From the NCBI GenBank assembly GCA_951406725.2, contig OX597820.1, forward strand, positions 59,582,001-59,646,000: a stretch of DNA of 64,000 bases. The letters run 5' to 3'. This document shows positions 60,721 through 64,000 of this stretch, piece after piece. The notes under the pieces are model-generated. The model saw only the letters and a list, made by a program, of their open reading frames with translations, made no database searches and had not been told where the DNA came from. This DNA is from Octopus vulgaris (Eukaryota). A program made the position numbers and the translations under genes. Position 1 is the stretch's first letter. Each line of letters opens with the position of its first letter.

Positions 60721-62716
60721 CATCAGTCCCATGAAAAGGAGAGAGCAGATAAAGAAGCTTGGGTAATAGAAAATAGAAAATCAAACCCTAAAGCTTTCTT
60801 TAAGTTTGCCAAAGAGACAGCCACAGTGCACCAGAGAATAGGACCTCTCTTCCAAAAAGATGGCTCTCTCACAGGAAATCCCACGAGGATAAGTGAAATA
60901 CTGAACGAACAGTTCCAAAGTGTGTTCACTACACCTCTAGGACACAGGCAAGTAAACAACCCAGAAGAATTCTTTGCCACTTTACCAGCGGCCAAAGAGA
61001 CAAAAATTGAGTACATCAACATCGAAGAAGATGATATCACACTAGCCATTGATGAGATTGACACAAACTCAGCTGCTGGACCTGATGGATTCCCAGCGAT
61101 CCTTCTCAAATCGTGCAAACGAGCCCTTGCAAAACCACTACAGCTTCTTTTTCAGAGCTTTCTTGCAAGTGGTAAGCTCCCAGTCAAACTGAAAGAGGGG
61201 GTAATATGCCCTATCCATAAGGGAGGTAGCAGAGCAGATGCTAAAAATTATAGGCCTATCTCTCTGACCTCACACATCAGCAAAGTCATGGAACGAATAG
61301 TCCGTAAGAAACTAATCATGTTCCTTGAAGAAAATGACTTACTGTCTGACACCCAGCATGGATTTCGACCAGGTAGAGGCTGCCTAACACAGCTCCTGCA
61401 ACACTATGACTGGGTGTTGAAACAGCTACTAAATGGCTCAAATGTGGATGTAATATATCTTGACTTTGCAAAAGCCTTTGATAAAGTCGACCATGATATG
61501 ATCTGTCACAAACTGCGTGGTCTCGGCATAGGCGGGAAACTTGGAGAGTGGCTGCACAACTTCCTAAAAGACAGAAAACAGGCAGTTGTGAGCAATGGAG
61601 CCACCTCCAGGGAAACGCAAATAACAAGCGGTGTCCCACAGGGCACTGTCTTGGGGCCACTGATGTTCATAGTGGCCCTTTCAGACATGCCTTCAGTTGC
61701 TACGATGACCACCCTTGCTAGCTATGCAGATGACACAAAAGTCTCCCACGCAATACAAAACCCTGAAAATATTGCGCATCTGCAACATGAGCTGGACACA
61801 ATATACAGGTGGGCTGAGGACAACAACATGCAGTTTAATGCAGGTAAGTTCCAGGCCCTGCGCTACTGGCACACAAAGGTAAATGACGTGCATACTGGAT
61901 ACACTGGCCCAGGAAGAATTGCAATCCCTGAGTCAAAATCAGTGCGTGACCTGGGCATTGACATGAGCAATGATGCATCTTTCCAAATGCATATTGCTAA
62001 TCTGGTGATAAAATGCAGACAGCTAGCTGGATGGATTCTCCGAACTTTCAGAACAAGAGAGAAGGAGACACTGATGGTCCTATGGAAAACATTTGTCCTC
62101 AGCCGCTTGGACTACTGCTCCCAACTTTGGTCACCACACAATATAAAACAAACAGCAGAACTCGAAGCAACTCAGAGAAGCTACACAAAGAAAATCGTCT
62201 CAATGCGAAATGTCAGCTACTGGGAAAGACTGAAGGTATTAAACCTCTTCTCCCTGGAGCGGAGGCAGGAGAGATATGCAGTGATATACATCTGGAAAAT
62301 CCTGGAGGGTCTTGTCCCAAACTTTGGCATTCAAAGTTACTCCAACCGCAGAACGGGGGCCGCTGCGTGGTGCCAAGGATTCCAACATCACCATCAAAAT
62401 ACAGGTCCAGATACTGCAACAGCTTGGGTTTCAGAGGACCACAGCTCTTTAACATCCTCCCTAAATGCCTGAGAGACTTACATGGTGTGGATGTGGGTTT
62501 CTTTAAAACTAAACTGGATCTCTTCTTGTTGGGAGTCCCAGATGAACCTACCTCACGACAGGAGACACGGATGCGGGCAGCAGCATCGAACTCCCTTGTT
62601 GATCAAGTGCCACGTATCAGAGGTGGATTCACAAACTAGTGTAGCTCATTCAGCGGTGGTGCCCCAGCATGGCCGCGGCCTTCGGGCTAAAACATTTTTA
62701 AGGATTTAAGGATTTA
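60721..62716 (+). mobile_element. CR1-group LINE family B, 5'-truncated, young (RT frame open with one frameshift near 62355)
   Basis: [52 protein letters not shown]; C-terminus continues in another frame to TAG at 62639; tail (taaggatt)2. Confidence 0.95.
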
Positions 62717-62778
62717 TATATATATCTTTATGTGTATATGTATATATATATATATATATATGTATATATCTTTATGTG

Positions 62779-62815
<37 letters not shown>

Positions 62816-63136
62816 GTATATATAAATGCTGGACCACCGCCATTATTCGAGCACATCGTGCGCAGCACTTATTCTTTCTAAGCCTAGTATTTATTCTAAC
62901 TTATTCTTTTTGGCCGAACCACTAAAATACAGGGAGGAAAACATACCAGCATCGGTTGAAAAATCTACTGTAGCCCAGGGCCGACCAAAGCCTTGTGATT
63001 GGATTTGTTAGACGGATTTGTTAGAAGATTGTCGTATATATATGTAACAGTGGCTGTGGTATGTAACTTGCTTTCAAACACACCAGCATCGGTTAAAAAA
63101 TCTAACCCTAACCCTAACAAATCAGTCAATCGAAGA

Positions 63137-63361
63137 TAATGACCAAACTGTCTACTCTTATCCACCAGTTCCAACACGATTTAACAAAAAAGGAGACAAA
63201 TTGCTTGACTAGATTTCACTGCAAAGCCAGTAACATCTGTGGACTTCCCAAAATCTACAAAAGTTAAGCCATAAACAAAACCTGTAACAAGTTAACTTCT
63301 ATAGTCATAAATATTCCACACCCGAGAGATCTTCGAATGAGGCCAATTATGGCCGATCCAG
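63137..63361 (+). mobile_element. Penelope-like element RT N-terminal fragment
   Basis: IMTKLSTLIHQFQHDLTKKETNCLTRFHCKASNICGLPKIYKS*..PHPRDLRMRPIMADP. Confidence 0.7.
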
Positions 63362-63816
63362 GTATGTAGATACGGGGGGCATTGGGTGCTTAACACTTGC
63401 AAATCTGACGTCGCTAAAGGTGCAATAAATTGAACTTCTTTTCATTTAGCAGTTAGTGATCTGCAAATGTGGGTATCTTGGAGATGCTTCAAGTGTTTCT
63501 TGTAGCTTTAATTGTCGCACACACACAAACGAATAAAAACACAGTCGCTCACACACACGTACACACACAAATAAAAACATTGGTATCTCTGATTTTTACA
63601 GAAGCGAGTACTCTTAACATTTCTACAAGAGTTTACTGGCTGTCGGAGGTCCTGTTTATATTGACTGTTGTTTTCACCAAGTCATTTATTTATTAAAAAA
63701 AATATATATATATATAAACTATGAGCTATGGTTAGATGTGTGTATTTCCATTTCTGTGTGTGCGACTACGTGCTTTTATATACATGTGTGTGTGTGTGTG
63801 TGTGTGTATGTATATA

Positions 63817-63847
<31 letters not shown>

Positions 63848-64000
63848 GTCTACATCCCCGTAACTTAGAGGTTCAGCAAAAGAGACTGTTAGAATAAGTA
63901 CTAGACCTACAAAGAATAAGTCCTGGGGTCGATATGCTCGACTGAAGGTATTGTTCCAGCATGGCCACAGTTAAATGACTGAAACAAGTAAATGAGAGTA
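63848..64000 (+). mobile_element. OK/OR-type SINE 3' half
   Basis: ccccgtaacttagaggttcagcaaaagagac..ccagcatggccacagttaaatgactgaaacaagta. Confidence 0.8.

Overview
Left end of a eukaryotic chromosome, almost certainly from an octopus. This is inferred from the abundant OK/OR-type tRNA-derived SINEs, RTE and CR1-group LINEs, and (AT)n/(CA)n microsatellites. No intact cellular protein-coding gene is supported. From the end inward: (1) ~3.4 kb of (CCTGG)/(CCCTGG)n that grades into ~100 bp of true (CCCTAA)n telomere. The CCTGG part is most likely a nanopore miscall of CCCTAA. (2) A ~106-bp telomere-adjacent repeat with an internal inversion. (3) A layered subterminal cap of [mosaic spacer - 15-bp satellite - 34-bp satellite] x2, sitting distal to a degenerate internal telomere relic at ~20.1 kb. 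That relic has the same flank as the present telomere. (4) Four ~2.2-2.5 kb tandem units made of decayed SINEs (24.5-33.1 kb). (5) A CpG-decayed, intron-like unique island with an old RTE and a Tc1 transposase fossil, ending in a CpG-rich promoter/first-exon-like segment that points toward the telomere (33.1-38.8 kb). (6) A tandem segmental duplication with an internal deletion (38.9-52.7 kb). (7) Nested and young LINEs, a non-autonomous Helitron, a 119-bp-arm palindrome and a 1.5 kb AT microsatellite. The most notable signals are the telomere-relic/satellite-cap architecture, a covarying 3'-terminal stem-loop shared by two CR1-group LINE families and the dominant SINE, and the apparently beheaded telomere-directed transcription unit. 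All coordinates were read by eye and are approximate.
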